A stretch of 64,000 bases of DNA from Magallana gigas (Eukaryota). The notes beneath the pieces are model-generated. The model did no database searches. It was given only the letters and a program-made list of their open reading frames with translations, and was not told the DNA's origin. Location: the NCBI RefSeq assembly GCF_963853765.1, contig NC_088854.1, forward strand, positions 59,148,001-59,212,000, written 5' to 3'. Of the stretch, positions 11,801 through 24,733 are shown piece by piece. Position 1 is the stretch's first letter; each line of letters starts with the position of its first letter. A program made the translations under genes and the position numbers.

Positions 11801-13495
11801 TCCGGGCAGATTTTGCAAGACCGGCTTGCACCCGGGGTAGCAAAATTATCTTCAATATTCACAAAAAAAAGACGACGAAACAACACTGAAGAATGTATAT
11901 CAATAGTGAAACAACTCTCATGCAAGAGAGGGTGGTATCCTTAAATCAATATCACATAATGATCACTTGGGGACACAACAATTTCCGAAAGTAATAATAT
12001 AGCTTCTCCCCTCTTTCGTTCTACAAAACAAGGTGCTTGTTTAATCTCGCGCGATAATCCCGGAAGTAAACAATTCAATGCGCATGCCTGTCCCTTTCTT
12101 CTTAGCAATGCGTAAACAAATTTTTGACCACGTGTTGTAGGAAAAAAAGGCGGGAAACTCTAAAAAAGAAAAAAGTGGAAATCTTGGCGGCTATCCTTTT
12201 CCTTAAGGCTTTCAATATATTTGTATCTCAAATACAATTTTTGATTTATTGCTCTGTTCTTTTTTAAAGATTAGCTTTATCTGTAATCTTAAAATGGATC
12301 CAGTACGCATTATTGGAGAAAACAAAGAACTATATATGATATTATACTCTGTCCCAAGATATTTTGGATTTACATTTGGCTTAATTGCTTGATATTCATA
12401 AATACCTCAGGGTTCAAACGGTGTTCATTCAAAAGTATGAAAAAATTCCAAGATTTCTTAGTCGAAACGCCCCTGTTAGCTTATCAGGTTTCAATACAAT
12501 GCTAAAAATGTGATATGTCTACGGAGATTTTGTATTGCAGCAGCCCGGATGATAACGTTGAAAAATTGCGCGATGCATTCCGAGTGTATTCCGAATAGAG
12601 AAAAGATGTAAAATTATCTAGGAAAATATCCCTTTCAACTATTTCAATTGCACTTCTTTCACAGGTATGTGTATTTTTATTAAAAATCGTCCAAATGTGC
12701 TGCATAAATATCTTGGGACAGACTATAGTCAAATTTGGCCCCCATAATTCGCTATTTTTAAAGTGATTTAGATACATTAATTTGTTGTGTTATTTTATAA
12801 AATAGTTGAAATAAAATATATTTTTCACCTATTTATCTGATTTATATGCACTTACTGGCACTATATGACGTCAGAAGTGACACTATTTTTATAATTCAAT
12901 CAAATTCAGTAAAAAATTGACAATTTTTCCATCTTTTTTTCGAATGGGAAATATAGAGCGACTCTTTGAACAAGAACTAACTTTTTGTCACTTAAACGTA
13001 CTAGGGAGATACATCTTTGGTGAAAATATTTTGTTTGTTCAAGCAGTCGCTCAATGTTTCCTCTAAGAAAAACTGCTTCAAAACAAGCGGTTTTATGCTA
13101 AAAATGCGAAAATGGCGGGAAAAGGTAAACTTTATGATTTCATATTTTTAAATTATGGGCATTAAAATCTCAAAATCAAAGTTATGAAAAAACTACAAAT
13201 GTATATCTGTACAAATGAAACAAAGAATTAGAGTAAAATGACGATGTTCATTTTAGGGGGCCATTTTAGGATCAAACCATATATATAGTCCTTTTACATG
13301 TTTGATGGAGCGAGGATTTTGATTATTTAGGGCAATATCATTCTCGCAAACCACGGTAAGGCAACCTCAGCTGCGCAGCCCAACGCATTTTCCAGATTTC
13401 TGTTTGCTGCAAAAACAAAATACGGGACACAATAAGTGCATTCCAATAATTATTAGTTCAATATCGCATGATACCTTATTTTGGCAAGCTAAATT

Positions 13496-13597
13496 CTAGC
13501 TGCAGGTCTGTAGCTCCCGGTCTGAAAAAGCTCGGATGGACCTGGTCCATCCGCCATCCGAATTTTTTCAGACCGGGAGCTACAGACCTTCAGCTAG
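13496..13597. repeat. About 100-bp near-perfect palindrome (hairpin mini-element)
   Basis: CTAGCTGCAGGTCTGTAGCTCCCGGTCTGAAAAA pairs with TTTTTCAGACCGGGAGCTACAGACCTTCAGCTAG; inner CGGATGG/CCATCCG also pair. Confidence 0.85.
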
Positions 13598-13632
13598 CCA
13601 AATTCAAAATCAAAGTACTGGGGTATTGACGT

Positions 13633-13987
13633 TTAAGCAATACTATGATGAGCTGCAATTTTCATGTTGAAATTTATTTTTTACGAAAATGTGATTTTCT
13701 GCTAAAATGACAAAAATATCATAGCTTTTAAATTTCTGTTAGCTTTATTTTTGTGGAAAAAGCCGTTAAGAAGCCTTAATTGAAGCAAAATCGAATTATT
13801 GTCATCCTGTACAAAAATTGATTTGCTTTACAGTATTCCTTAAAAAAGAAATCTTTCCTGGGACAAAAATTAATGATTTTTCAAATCTTATTATCCTAAA
13901 CGTTTAAGTTACATACAGACTTATCATTCTAGCGGGTTTTTTGAACTAAAATAAAATTCTAAAAAAATACAGCTCATATTGCTTTAA
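13633..13987 (+). mobile_element. TTAA-flanked ~345-bp MITE, copy 1 (Kolobok-like)
   Basis: TIR AGCAATATGAGCTG / CAGCTCATATTGCT with TTAA flanks (left TIR has a small insertion); body matches copies at 16281 and 18656. Confidence 0.8.
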
Positions 13988-15072
13988 GAACAACGATATG
14001 TTATTTCGCATGGCAAGTAGTTTCTAATATGTACTGTTAAGGAGGATTGCATCTGAAGTACTGTAACGTCGATCATCCGAAAGACCGAAAACCACTTGGA
14101 TATAAAGATGGGGACCTAAAATGTTCATATTTTTTATTTGTCACGTGCCATTTTTTGGGAAATATGGGGCCCAAACAGAATTGATAATTTTTCTGAAATT
14201 ATTGCTAAAATCTTGCATGGAAATTGATTATTTGAAGAAATCAAACAAATATTTATAGTTTGAACAATTATTTATGATTTTAATCCAGTATGAAGTTGAA
14301 CACATGTAGTGATTATATAAGTAATATCTAAGTCAAAGTTTTTAATACTGGTGGCTACAAATACCATGACATGATGAACATAACAGCAGATGTTAAGATT
14401 ATTACAGAATTTCGGAGAACTCAAATTTTAACGCAAAAAAACCCCCAAAAACTAAAAACAACTAGAATAGAATAGAAATGCAATCTTTCCCAAACTTTGT
14501 ATACAAATAGAAATACATTTAATGTCTCGTGTTAAAGTGAAGAAAAAAATAGAGGACACTTTGCAAATTTTTTAGCCCGATGTGGCATAAAATAGGCTAA
14601 TTTTAAGCAAATATTGGAGTGGATTTTTACTTGTCTTCCATGACATATAAGCTAAATATGCCAAAATAGTTCGATAGAAATATCAAAATATTGTTCAAAT
14701 ATGTTTTTCAGAACAATATGAATATATCGTAATGCACAATCTATCTGGAAGTCTGGTCTGCGCTGAAAATTATGAAACTAAAACAGCAGTACTATATAAA
14801 ACTCTATTGTTAAGCCCCCCACGTGCCATGAAATAGTCCGGATGATAACGTTGGATAATTGTGCGAGGTATTCCAAGTAGTTTCGAATGGAGAAAGATGT
14901 AAGCAGTTCCCAATATAAATCTATGTAAGAAATCTTATTTTGTCAATGAGGATATCTTGGATATTTTATCTTTTATCGATTTCAGCTTTATTTCTTTCAC
15001 AGGTTTGTATATTTTCACAAAAAATTTAAATCATAAAAAAGTGATGGAAGCAATGACTTGGGACGGACTATA

Positions 15073-15287
15073 TACTGTGGTTTCATCAATTAATATTCGT
15101 TGAATACCAATTTTCGTGGATTTCGTTGTTAAGTTTATCCATGATATTAAATGTTCATTGAAATGCAATTTCTACTAATAATTTGTATTGATAAGGTCAT
15201 TGGCCACGAATTTACGTATCCTTGAAACTGTGATTTTCACTTTATCCACGAAAATTGATACCCTTGAATGTTAATGAAACCCCAGTA
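15073..15287. mobile_element. TA-flanked MITE (Tc1/mariner-type TSD)
   Basis: TA-CTGTGGTTTCAT ... ATGAAACCCCAG-TA. Confidence 0.7.
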
Positions 15288-16089
15288 GCAGGTGATCGCG
15301 TTAACTATGGTTTACAGATGGGAAATTAAAGATTAATGTCGTTAACCATAGTTTACTGTTCTTAAACTACAGTTTACAACCGAGAAACTAGTTTATCGAC
15401 TGTGAAACTATATGTTTAGCTCATTTTTGATAATTTGGCGAATCATTAAATTGGCTGTGGATAAAAACAAATACGGTCGCTAGTTCAATTATCAGAACCG
15501 TGTATTTCCTTTTGATATACTGTATATAATAAAAGATGCACATAGTTATGTACAACGTAATGGCAATTATGATATTTAAGTATTTTCACGTGGTTTAACA
15601 TTTTTCTTTTAAAATGTTAATCTGAAGTAAAATGATATATGCGACTTTGTCTTTATAGAAATATGTAGATCTAATCATATACAGAAGCTACATGTAGCTC
15701 ATCAATTATTCTTTAAAAAAATATTAAACTACATGTGTAATCCGGAAGTAATTCACGTTATAAAACGCGTTTTTCGTGAGCTCTACAATTTAAATTCGAA
15801 TTAGAAAATTTATCAAAAAGCATTGTAAAATTAAAAGATCAAACACAAAATTATGTGATTTCGCTGCGACACAAACAAACTGCTAGTTTGGCGGTTTTAT
15901 GTCAGAGAAATAAGGCAAGTTATGAATGGGGGGGGGGGGGCAGTTTCAATCTACACGTGTATTCGCGACAGTTTTGCGTTTATTCTTAATAATTTTATTT
16001 CTTTTACCTACGAAAATGAGCTAAATGGACTTTCATTCATGAAAAAAGTGCGTAACGCCAGGTGCCTGTGATATGTGAACAAAGTGTCT

Positions 16090-16172
16090 ACACTCAGACA
16101 GACAGACAGACGGACAGGGTGATTCCAATTGACTCCCCCACGTACCCAACTTCGTTTGCTGGGGTATTAAAA
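16090..16172 (+). mobile_element. 3' end of a HINE/Helentron-like non-autonomous element
   Basis: (GACA)n core followed by a short CCCC...GGGG hairpin and TATTAAA, the layout known for bivalve Pearl/HINE elements. Confidence 0.5.
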
Positions 16173-16280
16173 GGACTAACGAGGAATTTACATCTACATT
16201 ACCTGTTTTAATTACACGGTAACTCAAAATGTACAAAAATCTTATTTTCTTTTTAAATAAGACGCATTTGATCAAACTTC

Positions 16281-16629
16281 TTACAGCAATATGAGCTGCA
16301 ATTTTCATGTTGAAAGTTTTTTTTTTTACGAAAGTGTTGTTTTCTACTAAAATGACAAAAATATCGTGGTTTTTAAATATCTCTAAGCCATATTTTTGTG
16401 TGAAATGGCCGTTAAGAAGTCTTAATTGGAGCATAAATTAATTATTATCGTCTTGTGCAAAAATTAATTTGCTTTATATTCCTGAGAAGAGAAATCTTTC
16501 CTCTGACAAAAATTAATAATTTTTCAAACCTTATTTATCATAAAAGTTTAAGATACATGCAGACTTATCATACTAGCAGCTTATTGCAGCAAAATAAAAT
16601 TCTAAAAAATACAGCTCATATTGCTTTAA
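16281..16629 (+). mobile_element. TTAA-flanked MITE, copy 2
   Basis: Same TIRs and body as 13633-13987. Confidence 0.8.
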
Positions 16630-16971
16630 AATTATTCAAATGTAGAAAAGTTGCTCCCCAAGTTAATGATAATGATGATATAGTTTCCACCTTCTATAAT
16701 TTTTTTGTTACAATTATTTTGTATTGAATATTTTCACGTACAACTGCATATCATTTTGCGAAAATAAAGCTTTGTCGATGTCATTTATATTACAAACACA
16801 GATAAATCGATCGATTTTTGCTATCAACAAAAGCTTCACCCCTCGGAAGTACACATGTATACATATGTTACGGAAATAGATGAGGAATTTTACAATGCTT
16901 GAATGAATTCTGTTTAATAAAGTCATCTTGTTACATTCGGTGACTTCTATTAGCCTTATAGGATTTGTTGT

Positions 16972-17110
16972 NNNNNNNNNNNNNNNNNNNNNNNNNNNNN
17001 NNNNNNNNNNNNNNNNNNNNNNNNNNNNNNNNNNNNNNNNNNNNNNNNNNNNNNNNNNNNNNNNNNNNNNNNNNNNNNNNNNNNNNNNNNNNNNNNNNNN
17101 NNNNNNNNNN
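16972..17110. other. Assembly gap (N run)
   Basis: Run of N. Confidence 1.
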
Positions 17111-18377
17111 TTTGTAATGGTAATTGAGTGTAATTAATTACAAATTTTGATGTAATTGAAAGTAATGGGTAATTGGCCAAATTTTCAATTACATGTAATG
17201 GTAATTTAATTAATTACTTTCAAAAAAGGCATGTAATTCCAATTACATTCCAATTACTTTCAATTACACACTGGTGTACATATAAATATGAAGCTATCAA
17301 CTACACATTGTTTCCCACACTATCAATGGTACAAGATCAAGTTAGGAAGAGTAGTTAAAAAGCATTAATCTATTATTCTATATATCATACTAAATATTTT
17401 TCAGAATGAAATTTTTCAGTAATTCAATATTTAATCATACGTTTCCCAAATTTAATTAAGTACATGTATTTGATGATTTGTTTGATCTCTTTTTTCTTAA
17501 AAAATACTTTTTTTCCTTCTTATTAGAATAATTAGTGTGTCAATTATCATTGAATTAGTTAAACAAAAATCACTGTTTAATTTAAATACAAAATCAGTGT
17601 TATCTAAATTATATATGCTATCAAGTTATGCTTTGTAATTGATAGTCTAAAATACATTAAGCTAAAATGTATGGCTTCAAATGGGTTTTAAGTTTTAGAT
17701 GCCAAACATACATGTCCACAGGGTGTGTTCCCTTATTGCAAACATTTGATTATTAGGTAGAGAACAACAAGGTGTGTATTGTGTTTTGATAGCAATTATA
17801 GTCTGCCCTCTACCCGAGATTAACCTGTACTTTGGCATTGTATTTATAAAGAAAAAAAATAGTGTATAAAAATGCCAAGGAGAAATTTTTCATTTAATAG
17901 TTTTGCATGCGGGAAATACTTTAGTTGACATGATAGGTGTAGGTAAGGGAATATGACTTTCAAATGTTTATTGAATATTAAGGTGGTATGGGACATTTCC
18001 ATATTGTGACTACCAGTACCTGAGTTTTGAAATAAACAATAAAACCAAATTTATGTTTTTTCTTTACAAAAATTGTTACTTATCAAAGTAGCTAGCAAAT
18101 TCTAAAACAGTAAAAATATATTGATTATGGCGAAATTTTATTCACATTATAGACATACCTCCTTAAATGTTTATGTGTTGTAGATAAATCATAGTTTTAT
18201 TAAATTTTTATGAATTTCAAATGTAATTTGTAATTTAATTAATTACATCTGCAAAGTAATTGTAATTTAATTAATTACTTTTGAAAACTCTTGTAATGGT
18301 AATTGTAATTTAATTGAAGAATTTAGGCAAGTAATTGTAATTTAATTAATTACTTTCCATTGTAATTGACCCCATCC

Positions 18378-18380
<3 letters not shown>
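17111..18380. repeat. Two GTAATT-rich repeat-element fragments (17111-17276, 18222-18380)
   Basis: Reiterated GTAATTGTAATTTAATTAATTAC motifs ending ...CAATTACACACTGG and ...GTAATTGACCCCATCCCTG. Confidence 0.55.
17978..18166. mobile_element. Short TTAA-flanked MITE (Kolobok-like)
   Basis: TTAAGGTGGTATG ... CATACCTCCTTAA. Confidence 0.6.

Positions 18381-18448
<68 letters not shown>
18381..18448. repeat. (AT)n microsatellite
   Basis: Pure dinucleotide run. Confidence 0.98.
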
Positions 18449-18452
<4 letters not shown>

Positions 18453-18655
18453 TAACTACCTTAACATGGTAGTTATGGATACATATGTACATATATTTTT
18501 TTTTATACAAACGACAGAAATTTTGAAGATAATATATATTTTCATGTTTGAAATGTTTGATATCACATGCAATGTGGAAAAAAACCTGATGTCGGTATCT
18601 GTACATTTTATTAAATTTTTAGCTCGTATGTTGCTGATAGAAATTGAAAGATATG

Positions 18656-19000
18656 TTAAAGCAATATGAGCTGTATTTTTTAGAATTTTATTTTGCTGCA
18701 AAAGCCTGCTAGTATAATAAGTATGCTTGTAACTTAAACTTTTATAATAAATAAGATTTGAAAAAATCATTAGTTTTTGTCAGGAGAGAGATTTCACTTA
18801 TAAGGAATATATAGCAGATCAATTTTTGTACAGGACGACAATAATTCAATTTTGCCCCAATTAAGGCTTCTTAATGGCTTTTCCCACAAAACAGAGCTAA
18901 CAGAAATTTTGAAACCATGATGTTTTTTGTCATTTTAGTAGAAAATAACATTTTCTTCAAAAAAATTTCAACATGAAAATTGCAGCTCATATTGCTTTAA
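18656..19000 (-). mobile_element. TTAA-flanked MITE, copy 3 (inverted)
   Basis: TTAA-AGCAATATGAGCTG ... CAGCTCATATTGCT-TTAA; body is the reverse complement of copies 1 and 2. Confidence 0.85.
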
Positions 19001-20952
19001 AATCTGTCTCGCTAAAATAGTTACTGATCACTTGTGGTTAAAATTAATGATTTATTTTTATATCATTAAATGTACTATAACTGTTATAAATGTTAACTGG
19101 CATTGTATGGAATTGTAATTGTAATATATTATGTACAAGGAGAGGACATTCTAAGTTTTTTGAAACTTGTGTCCAATCCTTTTGGCATTAGTCAATAAAA
19201 TATGTTCAACTCAACTTGTGGACAGACCAAAGTAAAGTGTTTTTGTTTTGACATCGAGATTAATTACACGTGAGAGTAGGTGGCGAAAACCCATTATATT
19301 TTCTAAAATTAATTAATTAATATTAACATCTCCTGGGTAAGTTCTCATCTATTGCCTAAGAAAACCGACTGTTGTTCATAGATCTGTAGAAACTGACCAG
19401 GTTATCGATCGGCCGACAGCTTCAGTACCGTAAGAAAAATCACGGCCTGCACGAAATGTTCCTTTATATAAGACGAATTGGTGATCTGTCATCTAACTTA
19501 CTGATGTACACTGGTGATAATTTAGTTATAATATTTATTACTCTTTAAGATCAATATATTAAGAAAAAAAGAAATATAAACAATAAAATGCCTCCTTTGT
19601 ATTTTTTTTGCAATGTCGCTACCTTAACTGCATAAACTATTGTGTGTCTTTCTTATATTTTTTATATCTAACAAAAGTTGAAAGGCGGCATGCAGGGAAC
19701 CATGCCCAATATATTGGTGTATAACATATACTGTATACTCTACAAAACAATATCATTATGGTGAGCAAGGGTTTCGTTTCAAATCACAATCCTATTGTGA
19801 TGGCCGTATAATTCGACTCCTTTAGCAACATTTGCCGCATACCTATGTGAACTGGACAAGCAGCAATGCGGTAACTATAGGTTGTAGATTTGGGGGTTTA
19901 TTTTCTAGCTTCCTTCTGTATCACAGAGAAACAGAAGGAAGCTTGAAACACGTTATGTCTTAAATGTAATTGGACAAACAGTTTCTTGGGATTTCCAACA
20001 CGTACCCAGCTATTTACAAAAGGTATATGCAAAACAGTCTACACATATATTGCAAATTAATGCAACTTCCGTGAACAATTCACCTTCTAATTTCCCTCTT
20101 AATAGAAAACGAAACAAAGCAAATTATAATTTAGAGTAACAGGATGTTCAAAAAGAAGAAAAATATGCGTATGTGTTAAAATTAAAACGCGTAATTATGC
20201 ATTTTCTTAAACCAGCTAAACCTGTATCTCAGGTAAATAATATGTCAAATGCCTCGCCGCAGGTGTCTCTCTTTGTTTTTCAATGAACCAATTATAACTG
20301 TTGGATTGCGCAATCATTATCTTTTGATGTTGAAAGATATATAAATAAATGTGTTTGGTAGGGCCTTGGGTATCTGATTATCTTACTGATAGCAATCTGA
20401 TGCTGGTTCGGGGGGGGGGGGGGGTATATTAACAAAAAACTGTGGATTCAACAATGCATATCGAGGTAATGAGGCGGGGAAATCCCCGCATAGAAGTGAT
20501 TCACGGAGAAAAACACGTATCTTAAATATCTTCAATAGATAGTATAAGAACACGATCTTTATGAATGAAAATTTTATTGTTTGAGGTAAATTTTATATAC
20601 GTATTAAAAAAATGAACACTAGTACAAAATATGTCCAATATTATACAAGCATAATCATTTAACATGAAAAAAGTAGTTTAATGTTTTTTTAGGCATGCTA
20701 GTTCAGTGTATATCACCAGTCTGTGTCCTAAATTTCCCGCGTCCCGTGGGTGCCCCGTAGGTGCCCCGGCGCCATTACAACCCATCAAATCCAGCTCTCT
20801 ACTAACTTGGCAATATTGCTGACGAATAACGCTACGGAGAAAAACTGCTCACTACAAAACGATCAATAAATGGATCTAAAAGTCCTCATTTTTACACAAA
20901 ATGATATAAAAAATATAACCATGCACTGTCACACACACAGACGTCCCTGCCG

Positions 20953-21279
20953 CTACTCCCGGGCCATGGCCTGGGGGCTCATTCCCTGCAACTCCTGGGA
21001 CTCTTGAACCAAGGCACACAGGGGACAAACGCACCAAGTCAATAAGTCCCCCACCAAGCTTCCTTGAATTCCTTTAGACTCGCGGATTTTCCCTCGAATA
21101 CTGATGACTGCCCACAAATCCACGAGGGGGACGAGGAGAGCTAGGCCACACAGCAGACAGGACTCCCCCACCGCCTCAGCATTCTTCCCGAACTGGTAGC
21201 ACGGCACAAAGTAAGAGATCAAACACAAGCTGAAATTATCAAAGCATCCGAATAATCCATGCTGCCATTCCCCAGACAT
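20953..21279 (-). CDS. PLAC8/cornifelin-family cysteine-rich protein (108 aa), single coding exon
   Basis: MSGEWQHGLFGCFDNFSLCLISYFVPCYQFGKNAE...IRGKIRESKGIQGSLVGDLLTWCVCPLCALVQESQEL shows the hallmark PLAC8 motifs. ATG at 21279; probable 5'UTR acceptor near 21311; CpG-rich upstream region 21340-21900. Confidence 0.93.
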   Translation of the reverse strand: MSGEWQHGLFGCFDNFSLCLISYFVPCYQFGKNAEAVGESCLLCGLALLVPLVDLWAVISIRGKIRESKGIQGSLVGDLLTWCVCPLCALVQESQELQGMSPQAMARE

Positions 21280-21902
21280 ATTTACTCCGTTCGTTAATCG
21301 CTCACACACCTACAAACTTGGTAGAGAAACAGGGAAAAAAGTTTTGCCCAAATGTAACGTAAACTTTTGTTATAGCCAACGCCCCAGGAACGCATGCGCA
21401 GAAAATATTCTGATGGAAAGATGCAAAATTCCCCCCGAGGTTAGCGCGTCACTCGGCAATGCAAGGGATTGTACAGATAATGTAATGGACGTCCACGGGC
21501 AAACACTTATACGACATTCCGTCAAGCTAGTGTCTCACCTGGGAATTTAGTATAATTTAGTATTTATTTTTATAATATTGATTATTAAAAGAAGATTTTT
21601 GTTAACAGTTTGTATAATTTTTCTTGTTATCCCTTCCCAAAGCCCCTTTCTCCCCCTAGCTTATCTGTAACAGCTGCGAATGTGTGCGCTAAGCAGATGA
21701 TAGAATTCCGCGCACTGTTGTCTGTAAAATCGGACGATCGAGTTACCCCCGGCGGCCTGTCGATGACCAGCGTTATGTCAGGTCAATAGATGATCGGGCC
21801 TGTGTATCGCCACGCGTGTCGCGAAAATTAGCATCGCCAGATATAAAACTTTCGCGAATAATATTACAGCGGGTGGCGCGGGTAACGTTGTAGCGGGTGA
21901 TT

Positions 21903-21907
<5 letters not shown>

Positions 21908-21955
<48 letters not shown>
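21908..21955. repeat. (AG)n microsatellite
   Basis: Pure dinucleotide run. Confidence 0.98.
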
Positions 21956-21959
<4 letters not shown>

Positions 21960-22045
21960 ATTCAACCGGAAATCAGTGACGCATGTTATAACAAAGTCAT
22001 AATTAATGGGATTTTTTTCCTTACAAAACCATGCATTTATTTTCC

Positions 22046-22114
22046 GGAACCCTCGGGTTTTCTATCCGTTGCACTGTTGAAAGCAGTGTAACGGATAGAA
22101 AACCCGTGGGTTCC
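22046..22114. repeat. 69-bp hairpin (31-bp stem, 7-nt loop)
   Basis: GGAACCCTCGGGTTTTCTATCCGTTGCACTG / CAGTGTAACGGATAGAAAACCCGTGGGTTCC, 2 mismatches. Confidence 0.85.
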
Positions 22115-22699
22115 GACGATGTTTCAAAGTATTTTCTATGATATTCGGTATCTAACAAACACATGAAACAGCTAGTAGCATTTATAAACTTGGTCGAAAG
22201 CCTAAACGCAGACCAGGCCTTAGGATAATGAAACTGTCTAAGACAATATATCATGCAAGTAAAATTAAAAAAAAAAGATTATAAGGTTGTTTGCCTATGT
22301 TGTGGCTACGTACACATTTCCAATGAAAATCTATCATTAATAAAGTATTTTGCGAATGGTTAAAAAGACTCTTGAGAGTCTTAGATCTTTCATAACTCCG
22401 ACCGCGATGTAAAGTTGTAAATTTTAGATTTACCGGGTGGCACTAAATACAAAGTTTTCACGCCTTTAAACCAAATAATATCACATCCTCAAATTAAATA
22501 TTGTCATGATATATACATATATGTAGAATATTAGATATTTATAAACAAAGTTTGATGTCATCTTTTTCGACATCTCCAAAGAGTAGGTTATATCAACACC
22601 TTGTGGATAATTTTTGTTAGCAAACTTATCTTAGGAGACCGATTAATTATACTTCAAAAAAATTTTATAAGTATTTTTTGAACTTCATCACACTCTTTA

Positions 22700-23161
22700 A
22701 ATATTGAAAAAGGTCGACACAACAAGGTGCCAAGAAATGAAAGATTTTGCAATCATTGTAATAAAGAAGATTTAAAAGATGAGTTCCACTTTATACTCAT
22801 ATGTCCTTTTTACGCCGAATTACGAAAAAAAATATATAAAGAGTTTTTATTACAAAAAACCAAGTGTTTTTAAGCTAGCTAAACTTTTAAGTGTTAACAA
22901 TACAAAGGAACTCAATAATTTAGGAAAATATTTGTCTAGCGCTTCCAAAATGAGAGCGCAGCATTGTAATAATACTACAGTTTACGCTACTTATCATACA
23001 TTTATGTCCATTCATATCTTAAGATATGTACATGATTATATTGTCTTAATATGTCCACCCACTTATACTGCACATTGCACATTTGTATATAATTTTATAT
23101 GTATTATAATTTGTATTCCGATGAGTTGTAAAGCTCAAGGATAATAAATTGAATTGAATTG
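22700..23161 (+). mobile_element. 5'-truncated non-LTR retrotransposon (CR1/L2-group LINE), ORF2 C-terminus and 3' tail
   Basis: IEKGRHNKVPRNERFCNHCNKEDLKDEFHFILICPFYAELRKK, then a frameshift to YIKSFYYKKPSVFKLAKLLSVNNTKELNNLGKYL; ends in AATAAA followed by (TTGAA)n. Confidence 0.8.
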
Positions 23162-24389
23162 ATATTCTATGTGCAAAATAGAACCATTTTAACAAGAGCT
23201 TGGACTTTGGGTAGTTGTGTCAATCGGCAATGTGACGTAGGCATGTCTATATTTCATTGCTGGCCACTCAGCCATGGCTCTTTGAAATCTAACTTGTTTT
23301 GACGCAAGAAATAGATATTTACATCCTACTGAAAGTCCAAGGCCTTTTTAAAATCTAATAACGGGATATATTGTTTCGTTAAATAAAAAAAAAACAGTTT
23401 CAAAAGACAGGTAGTCCTCACTAAAATTAACTAAAAGCACTGACGTCGCCGGATGTCACGGGGGAACGAGAAGTACAAACGGTATGGATTTAACTCTGGG
23501 AACCCCCCATAGAAACTGTGAAAATGCTCGATGATGCAAATAATTTGTCAAAAGTTGCTCGCATATGTGTGTTTAACTATAATACATTTTGTGGGGTTTG
23601 GTGGTAACTGTATTTTGGGCACCAAACAGTCCGAAAGAAAATAGAATATCAGTCAAAAGAATAAGTATAGCGTCATCTGAGGTTCAGGAGAGGTTCAGGA
23701 GAGGTTCAAGAAGAGATACACGGTAAAAAATGAAAAACTCGAAGAACTAACTCTCGACATGCAAATGTGAGCAAATCATATAAGATGTCAAGTGGTATAT
23801 TGCCGTTTTAAAATGTACGAAGGCACAAGAGACTAAGCGTGATCTATAGATGTGATATTTTGATAAACTGTGCTAACGTCATATTGACGTCGTGTTTCAC
23901 CGTTTTGGACGTTACCGTGCTCCGTGGTGACAAAACCCTTTGCTTTTAAAATCGAGTAAAAAAATAACATTTTCATCAAATGGAATGAAAGCTCACGTAT
24001 CAATTAAATGAGTGTTGGTGTATAAATTAATCTATTAGTTACATTGTATGACTTGTATGAAATAAAACAACCACTTTCAATGTCTTCGTATTTTTTGATT
24101 GACCCTAGTAAAAGTGACCTTCCTCAAAAGGTTTTTACTTACTGGAAAAACTTTATTGACTGTTGATAATTTATCTGGAATGAGAAGTGGACCAATTTTT
24201 GCCACGGAAGTCAGTTCTTTAAGTCTTTAAATATTACTATAAACTTAGTAGGTGTTTTACAATATAAACATGCAAGTTAGACTAGAAGGTGTTACAAGGG
24301 AGAACAGGGTACGTACCAAAAGCATGCAGTGTGACATAGGCGTAGATAAAGCCCACAGTTGTATAATAATTAATTAAAGATATTGCTGT

Positions 24390-24538
24390 AAAATTTTCAG
24401 GGGAGGGGCCGAGAGATTATTGTGATCACGGGGGGGGGGTCCAAAACCTGTTTTATGGTAAATTTACTGTGTGAGTTTAATAAATTTGAATTTTCCCAGG
24501 TCGGGTGGGTTGGAGTTCGACCCCATCTTCTTTTGGGA
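24390..24538 (+). repeat. Fragment of a G-rich interspersed repeat; related copy at 42060-42262
   Basis: Shared GGGG...TAAATTT..TGTG.ATTTAA..AA.TTGAATTTTCC..GG.GGGT layout; truncated by the gap. Confidence 0.45.
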
Positions 24539-24733
24539 NNNNNNNNNNNNNNNNNNNNNNNNNNNNNNNNNNNNNNNNNNNNNNNNNNNNNNNNNNNNNN
24601 NNNNNNNNNNNNNNNNNNNNNNNNNNNNNNNNNNNNNNNNNNNNNNNNNNNNNNNNNNNNNNNNNNNNNNNNNNNNNNNNNNNNNNNNNNNNNNNNNNNN
24701 NNNNNNNNNNNNNNNNNNNNNNNNNNNNNNNNN
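24539..24733. other. Assembly gap (N run)
   Basis: Run of N. Confidence 1.

Larger units (their letters stand above)
12545..15072 (+). repeat. Two diverged direct copies (12545-12727 and 14838-15072) of an interspersed repeat fragment
   Basis: Both begin CCGGATGATAACGTTG.A.AATTG.GCGA and end CTTGGGAC.GACTATA. Confidence 0.65.
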
